Under the pieces are notes generated by a model that searched no databases, was not told the DNA's origin, and was given only the letters and a program-made list of their open reading frames with translations. Shown one piece after another: positions 24,516 through 37,100 of a DNA stretch of 64,000 nt. Every line of letters starts with the position of its first letter. Position 1 is the first letter of the stretch. The DNA lies in NCBI GenBank assembly GCA_025201805.1, contig MU619246.1, positions 113,627 through 177,626 on the forward strand, read 5' to 3'. Both the position numbers and the translations under genes were made by a program. Source of the DNA: Parasitella parasitica NRRL 2501. Taxonomy: Eukaryota; Fungi; Mucoromycota.

Positions 24516-27500
24516 ATGTCAAAATTAGAGGATAGCACAAAGCGTCGTTCCAACGAAGTGGAAGAACAAAGTGTTACTCCAAGACCTCCACCCAAGAAAC
24601 GCTTTTTGTCTAGAGCATCTTCACCTGAACAAGACACTGACAATGATGACGATGCCAGTGATACATTCAAGGTATGTTTTTCTGTTTACTGTTTTGTCTG
24701 GATCGGTCTAATCTATTGTCACTGTAAAGGAACCGTTGGAAGCTTTCCGTAAAGATGCTATTTCTAGGCAGTGGAAAGACTATCTAGTAAGTAACTAGGC
24801 ATTCTACTGCACCAATTTTGTTCTAATTTCTGCGTCATAGAGAGCCAATGAAAGACTTAAAAAGTACATTGACCAAGCCGAGACAAAAAAGCTTGAGAGC
24901 CAAGAGCGTCTCCATCTCTGGGAAGAATCTTTTCAAAAAGTACGCAGTAGCAGGCAGAATTTCAGCGTGTTGGAATATTAATATCAAAATTCGTAGCTGC
25001 AAACCTTTCTTTGTAACATCATTCAAGAAGGCATGTCTAGTCTTGGACAATCATCAACCACAATGAGTAAGAAAGGAAAAGAAAGGAAAAGAAAAAGTTG
25101 TCAAAAACTTACATTTCAGAATCGGTAGATTTGGATCATGCCTCAACAAAGAAGCTATTGCAAGAAAACTGGGCCAAAGAACTCGCACATAATATGGTCA
25201 AAGCTTTCAGTAGTAAAGACTATCATGAATTGACTATTTTGAAGCTGAATCAGTTGATTGAAGCATGGATTTCTAAAAGAAAGAGTATCACCACAGGCTT
25301 CCAGCCTGTTTTCGGTAAGTCATATATATACATATATATATAACCCGCTACGATGGTCTACTAATTCTCATGTAGAGCAAGATTCACTGAAGGAAATTCA
25401 GAAAGATCATGAACGTATTTTGGTAGCCTGGGTTGATGGTCAAAGGGCGTTGCAGGATATGAAGAATCGATATAAATTGACCAATTTCAAAGTAAGTGAC
25501 AGATGTTTATGTTTGATCAGCATATTAATCGTTTCGTCTGCTGTGTAGTATTTGACACTTTCAGAGGAGTTGCGAATTTTAAACGATCAACTAGAGCTGA
25601 CAGAAGCCAATTTACATGAAGCTCAATCAGAATTAGAGAAGATACAAACCCAAGCTTGTAAAAAAAATGAGGATGTAGTCATGACAGAAGCCACAGCTAC
25701 TCCAACAAATGCCACTCAGCCCGAATCTAATACTACTGCTGCAGCTACTTCTACCATCACCCCCTCAACATCAACCACAACAGCACATCTAGTATCTGTC
25801 AGTAATAATGTAAATACCTCGTGAACCTCATATAAATGTCTACATGTTTATTAATAGTACTCATAGAGCCAAGGTCTACCTCAAGACCCTTTGATTCATA
25901 CACAGCAACTATTGGAGCAGAGACTACGAGATATTAATATGATTAAAGAAGATCGCATTGGCCTGAAGCAACAAATTGCGCGCTTGGAAATGGACTTGAT
26001 TTGTGTCCCCGAATCTCGCATATACAAGGCTCCAATTTGTCGACAACTATCTCAATCTCGTGCGTATAATAAGGATAAATGCAATCGTTTATCTGATATT
26101 TGCCACGATTTACAAAATGCATTGAATGACTTGCAGGGAAATCGACGTCGTTTGATCAAGGAATTGGATTCTGAGCAAGTAACTCATTCTCGAAAATTGG
26201 AAGAAGAGTTGCGAAAACTGGATGTGGATCTTACTCGTATTCGTGGACAACGTGATGCATTACAGATGAGCTTAGAGGAACGAAAAGCTTCCACAGAGGC
26301 AGGCCGTGCGTCCATTGTTGAGCTAAAGGTGATTGCTGATACTAGAAAGGAGCGAGTCAACTATCTCGAAACAGAAGTACTTCGCTTACAAAAGAAAATG
26401 GCTGCCAGAACAGGCGTAAAAGAATATTACGAACTGTTGATGAACAGTGATGGTCGTGAGCCGTTATTGCTTCCGCTACAAAACGAACTCAAGACATTGG
26501 AGGATCAAGTCCAGGCAGCAAAAGATGCTTGCATTAATCGAGTCAACATCCCACAAGAAACAGTGGAAACTGAAGTCGCTCAAATCTCAAAATTGAAGCA
26601 ATTAGAATTAGATGTTGTCAAGTTTGAGGAAAAGTATGGGTTCCATCCCTCTGCTGATATGGACGATAATGAAGTTCAACAAGTTCTGCAGGACAGAATT
26701 GATAAGGAAAAGGCAATCATAGCAGAGTCAGAGGAGAAAATTTCTAATTTGGAAGCAGTAAGTTAACTTTTTTTATTGGAATAATGGAACCTAAGGGTCT
26801 TCCTTTTCTTGTATTAGACTGAAAAACAGCTGTTGAGTGAGATCGAAAGCGTAGCAAAGGCTTATGGAGATTTAGAGGAAGAAAACATGACCAAAGTAAA
26901 AGAACTTGCAGCTGCAGAAGACGAAATCATTAAACTACAAACTGAAAGGGTCAAATATAGCCAAACTTTCACTGCACTCAACAAATCAAAAGATGCTCAT
27001 GCTATGGTTGCTAATTCATTGAGTAAACAAAGCGAGAAGCAACTTGCTCACATCAAGCAAATGAATGAACGCGAAAAGAATTTAAACAGCCAACTTGTAA
27101 CTTTTATTATATGACGCATTCCTGATACTTTTGCTCAATACAACTTGACATTTGTTTTTTAGACTTGTTTGGAACGAGAATTGACTGCGAGTAACATTGT
27201 TTACGATGTCTACAAATCAAAAAGTGAAGAAGCCAAAATGACGTTGGACGAATGGAAGGAAAAGACTTCATTTTCCAAAAGCAAAATATCAGAGGTAGCA
27301 ACATTTTGTTGAATTAGCCTGACCATGACTTGTTGACTGATTTTATTTCCGTTAGCTACAAAAGTCCATACTCGACAAAGTGCGTTTAATTGAAGAAGGG
27401 GCCCACACACGACTTCGGTTGGAGGAAAGCTGCGAATTACTTAAACGCAAGATAGATCTAACAAATAAAGTGGAAAGACCCGCAGAGATGAAGTTAAGAA

Positions 27501-27735
27501 AAGAAAGAGAAGAATACAGAGTAAGTCTTGTTAGTTTCTCATCTATTTATTTCAGCTAACCTCATGGATACATTAGTCTCTGCTAAATTGTAGCTCTTGT
27601 CGAACTCGATTAAAGTCCCACATAATCTTGAAATGTATGCACACGTTTTGCAAAGAATGCTTGGAATCCACCAAACGGTGCCCTAGTTGTGATGAAACTT
27701 TTAGCCATCATGATGTAAAACAATTTTATTTTTAA
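24516..27735 (+). CDS. BRE1: E3 ubiquitin ligase Bre1, multi-exon
   Basis: LEAFRKDAISRQ-type N-terminus, long coiled coil (LTRIRGQRDAL), C-terminal RING CSSCRTRLKSHIILKCMHTFCKECLESTKRCPSC...FYF*. Confidence 0.9.
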
Positions 27736-27796
27736 TACATTGCTCGTAAAAAAAACAGCCTTCACTTTCCAAAAAAAAAAAAAAAAAAAAAAAAAC

Positions 27797-27836
<40 letters not shown>

Positions 27837-29633
27837 TAGAAAAACATTCTCCCCTTCTGCCCTTCTGCCCTTCTGCCCTTCTCTCTTCTACCTTTCTTTT
27901 TTTATTTTAAGATAAATTACCATACATTAACCTCACCCCTTCTTTTAGCCACACGATTGTACATATATTATTTCTATTCTTATCACTATCCTTTTTTTTT
28001 TTTTTTACCTTGTAATAAATCAACTTTAATTGAATTTGACAGTACATTTTTAAATTAAATGTAAAATCAGTAACGGGTGTATGCTTGCTTGGGTCTTTAT
28101 ATAGAATACGGTATAAACTGCTTAACTTAATATTTCAAATCAATTACTTCAGATCGCATTCTAAAATTATATGAAAACAATTAGCTACAGAACAAATTAA
28201 AGAAACACTCATTACACATAGCGTATAATAAACACTGTCTTATGCGCCATAAGAACAGGCATGATCATCGCTATCTGAGCATAGCTTGATTTCCACTGGG
28301 CAATGTCTCTATCAAACGTTTCTTGGATTTCTTCATCGGAGTTTGAAAAAATCACGTGTTTTAGTTTTTGCAGTGTGTGTAGGGATTGTCTCGATATAAT
28401 ATTTGAGGTGAAGCTTGTAATGTGTGATTTTTCAATGTTGGCCATCAGTGATTACAAAAGCATATCTCAAATCGATACAAATATGTCTGAGGAATATAAT
28501 ATCAGATAACTGAAGACATATATTTCAGCAATTCTTGAGGAATTGATATAGGATATTGTATGATTCACTAAAAAAGTCAAGTTTACAAAGATAGGGATAC
28601 TATTATATCAAATCAACAGGTAGGCTTTATTCGTAGTACCCTGATCAGTTTTTTTACATACGAAGATAATTAATAACAGTTTATAAGTGTATATCATTTC
28701 TAGTGTAGTCTTATTTAGCCTATGTTAATAGCACATGTTTGAGTGTATATCACTTGGTATATATCACCTTAGCATATATCTGTGTATGTATCATGTCATG
28801 AGTATATCTATAGCATTGCATATATTGTAGAAGTCTGTAGTACATAATGTATCTGTAGCTAGTATCATGGATATAAGTATATGTCTTGTAGTGCGTATCT
28901 AGAAACTGGGAATACGCATCTAAAGCATTGATCTTAAATGGCATAGCTCGTAGCACATACTAAATCTAGTAAATGTCTAAGGCTCGTGTCAAGGTATAAG
29001 TACAAGTCTATAGCGCCATCCATCCTAATGGTGCCATCTCTAGCCTACATCTTATATAGTATTAATCTGTATTGTACATCGTATTAACTGTGCACATATG
29101 TAGTCTATATCAATGAAGCACCCATCTGCTATTATAAATCGTACAATCCAATTTTGGTATTCACAATAATCTTTTGCTGTTCCAGATAAATTATTATGTA
29201 ATTCAGAATATTTTTTAATATTATTTAAAGAATAGAGTAAATAGAATTGCTTGTAATTCTGTTTTAGAAATAGTAAACTTTACTGTGTTTAATTTGGGAT
29301 ATTTATTAACACGACCAATTGTAAGTTCTGAATGAATATATTGAATTGATTCTAAATCTCTTAAATCTAAAGAAATACTAAGATCATTTCTAATATATCC
29401 TTTTGGTATTAGTCTTTTGGAGGTGTGACAAAATGTCTCTTAATAAAGAGAAAGGTACAAAAGGTGCAAGTTGAGGAAAGAAACGTGTAATAGTAACTGC
29501 TGCAACCACATCTAATGTTGAGTTACAAATGCTTGCAATGTGTGGTGTGTGGTAAAAAAAAAAGTTTTTGGTGCCACACAACTTTTTGCGGCAGCTTTCT
29601 TCTTTTTTTTTTATTTCATACGACCACAAACAC

Positions 29634-30199
29634 ATGTACTCTACAACCAAACGATTTCCTGCTTCCTGTAGGTTCTTTACTCAAGGAAACTGCAGGGCAG
29701 GAAAAGACTGTCATTTTTCCCATATATTGCCGTTTAATGGAACTTCAAACAGCACGACGCATTCTGCGATCTTAGAAGGTAATGGCGTGGAATCACCAGC
29801 GCAAGACTTGAACTCGATACAAAAGGCGATTAGAAATCTAGAGATAGGACAGCTGGAAAAGAAATACTCTGCGTTCTTCCAGAGTACAACAGAAGATGTC
29901 TTGAATACAATGATTGATCTATTATTGCCCCTGGAAGACAAGCAGGATTTGAAGGTGCAGCTTGTCATTCCATACAACTATCCAGACACACAATGCACGC
30001 TGCAGATTAAAAATGGCAACATGACGACGGAAACAAAGAGGTATTTCGCATTGTCGTGAGGCATGAGCTAGTAACTAACACGGCACATTTCAGCGACATA
30101 CAAGCTGCTTTCGAAGACTACGAATGGCATCAAATGCGACACAAAACCTTGGTTCAGCAGCTGGACTGGCTAACCACCCATTTCAATAATTTGAAATAA
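29634..30199 (+). CDS. Small CCCH zinc finger protein with RWD/UBC-like segment
   Basis: CRFFTQGNCRAGKDCHFSH and VIPYNYP; intron ~30041-30093; second exon ends LVQQLDWLTTHFNNLK*. Confidence 0.7.
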
Positions 30200-30245
30200 A
30201 CATTCGTCCCTTTTTTTTATTCTCTACATGTGTATACTTTTTTTT

Positions 30246-31031
30246 TTAAAGTTTTGCCAAAGGAGCAGCACTCTTTTCAAGACCTTTTTTGCCTAATTTT
30301 GCCATGGCATTCACACCAAATAGTGCAGAAGCAATCCAGACTTTGACCGTGATACTGCCGTTTTTATTCGCAAATGAATGGCGTCCAACGTCAACCAAAG
30401 ACTTGTGGCTAGTAAACTGAAAAGTACCCAATGATTTGCGTAATACCTGTGTCCTTGAAGCACCTTTTCTACGTCCAAGACGGCCTGAAACTTCGTATTT
30501 GATACCCTGAATAGCCGATGTCAATTGTCCATTTGACACTTGAGGCAATAAACTGTTCCATTGGACTGCAAAAGGCATGTTGTGAGGGAGAGGCGGTTTG
30601 ACCAATGGCACTCCCTTCATGAATCGACGAGTCAATTGAGACCATCCGATTCTTTCAGAGTTGATTGTTAGATATTGTGCTAAAATCTCGGCATTCATGT
30701 AGGGATAGTGAACTTGTATGAAACGCAGATCGACAAATTTACCGGGATAAAGTGATGTGATTAGTTTTTCCAGAGGTTCTAGTGTGAAATCTGCAGCGCG
30801 CCCAAATGTAGGATCAGTGTAATAGTAAAGCTGAATAGTAACCTTTGAAGGAGAATGTCGAATGGCAGGGGTTGATGTCAAGTGTTTCTGAAAGAAATGC
30901 TTTAATGCGGCCTTGGTTCCTCCGTCTTTCTCCCACATAATGTTGTTACGAGTATTGCGAGAAAAACAATACACTGATGTATCCCAGTCTTGCTTACCCT
31001 TCAAACTAAGCGCTTTGATACTCTTTGACAT
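30246..31031 (-). CDS. rps3: Mitochondrial ribosomal protein uS3m (rps3/VAR1-like), nuclear-encoded, intronless
   Basis: QDWDTSVYCFSRN, YPYMNAEILAQY, GIKYEVSGRL.RRKGASRT and NKNGSITVKVWI, all typical of fungal mt-rps3; reads in the standard code. Confidence 0.85.
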   Translation of the reverse strand: MSKSIKALSLKGKQDWDTSVYCFSRNTRNNIMWEKDGGTKAALKHFFQKHLTSTPAIRHSPSKVTIQLYYYTDPTFGRAADFTLEPLEKLITSLYPGKFVDLRFIQVHYPYMNAEILAQYLTINSERIGWSQLTRRFMKGVPLVKPPLPHNMPFAVQWNSLLPQVSNGQLTSAIQGIKYEVSGRLGRRKGASRTQVLRKSLGTFQFTSHKSLVDVGRHSFANKNGSITVKVWIASALFGVNAMAKLGKKGLEKSAAPLAKL

Positions 31032-32558
31032 TTTTTTTGCTGGTGTAAAGAAAAACAAAAAAAAAGCGCAACCCCTCCTTTAACCCCCTCCCCTCATCAG
31101 CCATCATTAGGCCTGATTAAAGTGGAGAGTTAATTGCTAGGGATTGGACCCTAATCAAGTCACTGGGCGGTAGACCAACATGTCAACCTTGCAACACAGT
31201 GTTAGTCATATTTCTGCAGCTACTTGAGATACATTCATTAGTATATAATTTCAATACATACAAGACTACTATGTGAATCAACGCATTGCCTTCTTTTACA
31301 GTTGCAATAAAACATCAAATGAAAAAAAAATATGTTTGAGTGACGATGACCACTGCTCTTTACTAACTAATAAATCAGGGATTTTATAATAAAGATGGCA
31401 GAAGGACATTTTTCTTGACTATTTACTCGATTAATATCCTTTATCAAATTAATTATTCTGGTGTATGCTCTCTGACAGCAAAGAAATTATTAAATATATT
31501 CCACTGAATGTAACTAATATTAGTGATTTATAAATCTTTAATAGTGCAGTAGATGATAGAATTTCTTCTTTATGTTCAGTTTAAACATGCTTGTTATACA
31601 AGAGAACATAGTAAAACATTTTCTATAAAGTGCCATAACCAAACCATATTCTGTTAAGATTCAATTGAGCTACCTCACTGATTGAAAAAAAGAAGTAAAC
31701 ATTCACTTATATTTGATATTTTAAACAAAAGTTATGGCCTAGCATAAGTACACTCTTTTTATCGTAGCGAAAGCAAGATATGAAAAACAGATGTAAAGGT
31801 TGTTTAATCAAGATACTTGGTACGTTGATCTAATAAGATTTTGCCATAGCAAAGCCAAGATCTGAAAATGAGAACTTGTTTAGAAGCATTTCTCGAGAGA
31901 ATCAGCCAGCAGGGCGACGCTTTTATCGAATGTAGCAATATTAAACGGCCAAAGTCATACTGTAGTATCGTATGCAGCTAACTACAGCCGAAAGCAGACA
32001 GCATGATAAATGAAGAGGCCACCAGAATCCATGAATATCTGGAGTCAAGAAAAAAACTTCAGAAGATACCCAGGCCTCATTGATGATCGAAAATAAAGTT
32101 AATTGTAGATATTGGAATACTCGCTGAAGGCAAAGAATTATAATATAAGCGACTTTTGATTGTTTGGCATTTTCAAACTTTCTAACGTAAGGTGACATAA
32201 GTTACTTTATTTAGGATGTATTAATCCATTGGTATTTATGATTATCATATCTCTCTGGACTCCCTATTCTCGCTAGTTTTACATAGTAGATATAACGCTT
32301 AGCCTTATGTGAAGCATTCTCAGGCCTTAAAAGACAAGTGTAATCTTGGTATAGTTGTCTAGTAAGTTAATAATAAAAACCATGCTCTTCGAGAATTCAA
32401 GAGTACAGTGCCCAACCTAACTTGAGCTCTTTGTCTTTTCGACCTAAAATGTGTATCCTTATAAATATTATATTACTCAAAGTATTCAAGTAAAAAGAAA
32501 AGGAGATTGATGGGGATATTTTATACAAATAATATATGCTAGCTTTTTTTTTTATCGT

Positions 32559-33944
32559 CTATTTTGAAGCAATTCTTTCTTGATAACGAACCCAACCATA
32601 ATATCCTGATCCAATTAAAGCCAAGAAGATGCCCAGACCATTCTAAAACAGCAAATTTAAAATTAATGAAAAAAATGATCGCCCGTTTAAAACTCTTACC
32701 AAACCAGAAATTGGATTTTGGAAGATCATAGCTGCTAATACAGTTTGAACACAGGACTAAAAATAGGATTTTAGATATAGTATATGTAGTATACGTAAAA
32801 GCATAGATCTACCTTTGCAGTGCCACTGATAGTGTTTGTCAAAGCGGATGTATACTTGACCTGCAAGAACATGGCGATATTGATACCAAAACCGGTAATA
32901 CCAGTTATGGTCTACTTTATACGTGAGTGGAACTTGCATACCTTGTTGGATCGCCAAAACTTACCATTAACACCCAGAAGTTGAAAGAATAAATGATGTC
33001 AGACGTAGATACGATTTCGCCAATTTCACCGGAGAACAACAAGAGAGGGGAAAGGAAAATGATGGCAAGCGTTGTGTTGTAATGAAGCAGTTTCCTGAAT
33101 AGATTCGGGTTGATAAAATTGTAACAAGATCAAGTCGAAAAAAAAAAGGTTACCATTGATTATTATCCACAGCTGCCAAAGTCTTTTGGACATAGATGCC
33201 GTAAAGCGCAACAAAGGCAGAAGAACCGACACCGTACACAACACCAGCCCAAGAAAAGTTGATTTCGCCGTACGAACCGATAACAAAACCCAAAAATACG
33301 ACAAAACAGGCAACCAAAGCAGGTGCAGATGTCTTTTTTCCAAGGATCACATAGGTAAACAGAATCGTGAAATTGATAGACAATGATCTGGCAACCTACG
33401 CGGCATCATTAGCACGTTTGTGGCGACACATCCCACAGACAAACTTACTTGATAAAAGGTAACTTCGACGTATTTCAAGCACAAATTATTCAAAACCAAC
33501 ATGCCAACATAGACAAAAGTCAAAGGTGCAACCCTCTTGGCAACAATCATGTTGAATTCATAAGGTGGAATGATACTAAGGAGCTTGTTGCTACATGAGA
33601 GGAAAAGAGAGAGACAACTCAGTCCATGTAGCCCTCTATGTTTCCTTTTTGCTTTTTCCTTACCTTTTACCAAGTTGGGCCCATACTAACAAGACAACCA
33701 GAGCTACAACAAGCTGATACCAAGTGACAAAGAGGGCATATGGAAATTCGCTTGATCCACTGAGGATGATCTTGTTCAAAAACACCACCGAAAGGGAGAT
33801 AACGAAATAAAAACTCACGACGGCAGCAATGAGCGGGAGGGGATGTTGCTTCTCTCTGGCTTGAACGGGTGCAGGCAAGAAGGGTTCTTCGCTATCATCC
33901 ATGTCCTTGCGGTTCATTTGAATATCATTATTTGAAGAGCTCAT
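32559..33944 (-). CDS. GDP-fucose transporter (SLC35C1-like nucleotide-sugar transporter), multi-exon
   Basis: YFVISLSVVFLNK, LFVTWYQ, NNLCLKYVEVTFYQVARSL and YTSALTNTISGTAK motifs. Confidence 0.85.
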
Positions 33945-34125
33945 TTCGGCTGGTTTCTAGGAAAGAGGGAGGAAGAGAGAGAGAGAGACAAAAAAAAAAG
34001 GGGGGGGGGATCCCTTAAATAGAAAATCATTCAGCCCCCTCTCCTCGCATCGCATCGTGTGGCGCCCATTCAAACTGGCAAGATGTCTGTGTCAAAGATT
34101 TTTCGCCTTTTCGTCCAGCATTGAA

Positions 34126-37100
34126 ATGCGTGTATTATGTATCGCTGAGAAGCCTAGTGCAGCAAAGTCGATCGCTGAAATATTATCCGGAAACCAGTTT
34201 TCGACGGTAATGTAGCATATTTTCTAGTGAATATCCAGTGCATCTAAACCAAAATCCAATGTGTATAGAGACCGTCTACTGATTGCAATGTCAAGAACTA
34301 CGATTTTACCTACAACTTGAATAACACCCCCACGAGATTCACAATGACAGCCGTCAAAGGACATCTAATGCAGCTGCATTTTGAAGGCGATATAGATAAG
34401 AATTGGAAAGATTTTGCATTGGAAGATCTATTCCATGTGCCTTTAAGAAAAACCGTAATACAAGCGAGTATAGCCTTGTCAAACAACATTCGACAGCAGA
34501 TTAGAGACAACGATGTATTGTTTATATGGACGGATTGTGATCGAGAGGGTGAAGCCATTGGCGGTGATATCGCTGACATATGCAGAGAACATAACCCCAG
34601 AATCCAGGTATGGCGAGCTAGATTTTCCACCATGCAACCAAACGAAATACATCGCGCTGCGCAAAACCATGCGCTGCTTGACATACGACAAGTTGAAGCT
34701 GTGAGAATTCGATCAGAGTTAGATCTTCGTATTGGCGCAGCCTTTACTCGATTGCAAACTATGCAGCTTAAGCCCTTTTTCGTTGCAAACCCTCGAAAAG
34801 TGATCAGCTACGGCAGCTGTCAATTCCCAACGCTTGGCTTTGTGGTGGATCGATACCAGCAGATTCAAAATTTCATCTCTGAGGAATTTTGGAAAATCGT
34901 CTTGTCCTATGTCCACCGTCGAGACGATGGCACAGAATTGGTTACGTTTTTCAACTGGAGAAGAGAGCATTTATTCGACCAGTGGGCCTGTTTTGTCTTG
35001 TACGAAATATGCTTTGAGAAAAAGATCGCGACTGTGACCAAAGTCAAATCAAAGCAAACATCAAAATGGAAGCCGTTGCCACTGACCACTGTTGAATTGC
35101 AAAAGGTCGCCTGTCGTGTTCTTCGCATGTCTGGCGCCCAGATCATGAGCATTGCAGAAAAGCTATACACAGAGGGCTTGATCAGTTACCCGAGAACAGA
35201 AACAGATCAGTTCGACCCAGACTTTGATTTCATGTCCTTGATAAATATGCAGACGCAAGATCCAAACTGGGGTCAGTTTGCTCAGCTGTAAGTCTGCTTA
35301 GGGTTTTGAGTTATAGACAAGTGTCCACCACTAAACTCGTATGTTAGTTTACGAGATGGCGAATTTGAGCGGCCTCGTAACGGAAAAAACAATGACAAAG
35401 CCCATCCACCCATCCACCCTACAAAATACATGAAAACTAGCATATCTTTTGACGAAAAACGAGTTTACGAGTTCATTGTTCGTAGATTTTTGGGTTGCTG
35501 CTGGAAAAACGCCGTGGGACACGAAACTATTGTAGAAGTCAATATGGACACCGAGTATTTCGACGCAAAGGGCCTCGTTATCTTGGAAAGAAATTACCTG
35601 GAGGTGTATACATACGATAGGTGGACGGGCAACCAGATACCCGACTTTGTGGAAGGAGACGAGTTCATTCCAGACACCCTCAAAGTCGAATCAGGACATA
35701 CAACAGCGCCGCAGCTATTGACAGAACCTGACCTTATTAGCATGATGGAAAAAAATGAGATTGGCACCGATGCTACTATTGCAGACCATATTCAGAAGAT
35801 CATAGACAGGAAATATGTCTACAAGGAGAATCAATATTTTAAACCCTTGACATTGGGCATCGCTTTGATCCTGGGCTATGATCAAATAGGTTTTGAAACA
35901 AGCTTAAGTAAACCATTTTTGCGAAGGAAGGTAAGTAGACGAAAAAAAAAAAAAAATCGCAACATGTGGCTATACGTTAAGTGATACACGTAGATGGAGT
36001 CAGATCTTAAATCTATTTGCGATGGAAATTTCAACAAAGACCAAGTACTTTCAAGAAGTATTTATAGTTACAAGGAGATGTTTTTACGTACTGTTGAAGA
36101 GTTCTCCAAAATCAGAGCATCTATGGATCGACACTTTAGAGAAGACGAGGATTCCAGCCGCAATACTGGGGGCTATGACGATGGCAGTAGTGGCTATGGC
36201 GGAGATCCTCAAGGTGGTGGTGGCCATGGAAGCGGTCGTGGTAGCCGTGGAGGCAGAGGTAGCCGTGGAGGCAGAGGTAGCCGTGGAGGCAGAGGCGGTC
36301 GTGGAGGAGGAGGCGGCCGTGGAGGCAGAGGTGGCCATGGAGGAGGAGGTGATGGCCATGGATTTGAAAGAGGAAATGTCAATAATGGCTGAGATAAAAA
36401 ATAGAATAAAAAAGCGGAAAGGATATACAATTATAACTCTTTGATATTTATTCAAAGTTAAAAATGTAAGCCAAGATCCATCAAGTTGAAAGATCTTGGA
36501 TGTATTTATATAAAATATAATTGTCTGTTGTGCCTAAGACAATCCTTGTTGCCTTCGCTTCGGTCTCCGAAGTGGTACAGGCTTTCCTGCCACGCTTTAT
36601 TTTCAGTATATAATTAAGAATCTTATCTCATAATCCCCTCTTTCTCCAGATCTTTTCAAGCCACGCATTCGTAGCTAACTATGAGTAGTACTGAACAATA
36701 AGATGCCCCAGTATTTACTCAAAATCAAATTAACCAACTCGTCGAACTCGTCACCCAACAGGTCAGACAGGAAACAGAGGAACGTTACCAAGGTTGTCCA
36801 TTACCTTCCTCCATCGTCAAAGAACTGGATCATTGCGCCCAAACAGACAACTTACATAAGACAGTACAAAAGTTCAGAAAGAACATTCCCAAGTATGTCA
36901 GTGAAGACTGGGTCACAGCAGAAGCCATCAATCCCAACTTCGCAAAGGATCTCCGACAGCTCAAGCACTTCATGCCGACATCCAGTGGAACAAACAATAC
37001 AGTTGGGCTGTCAAAAAGGCACGTCGTCATATCACTACAAAGACTGGCACAACAATTCCGTAGATTCATTCTGAATGATAATAAAAAATGTACAATTGTC

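Noticed and set aside
36390-36392. TGA in TOP3 as possible selenocysteine or readthrough codon
   Set aside because: It is the first three bases of the inserted LTR, and further in-frame stops follow
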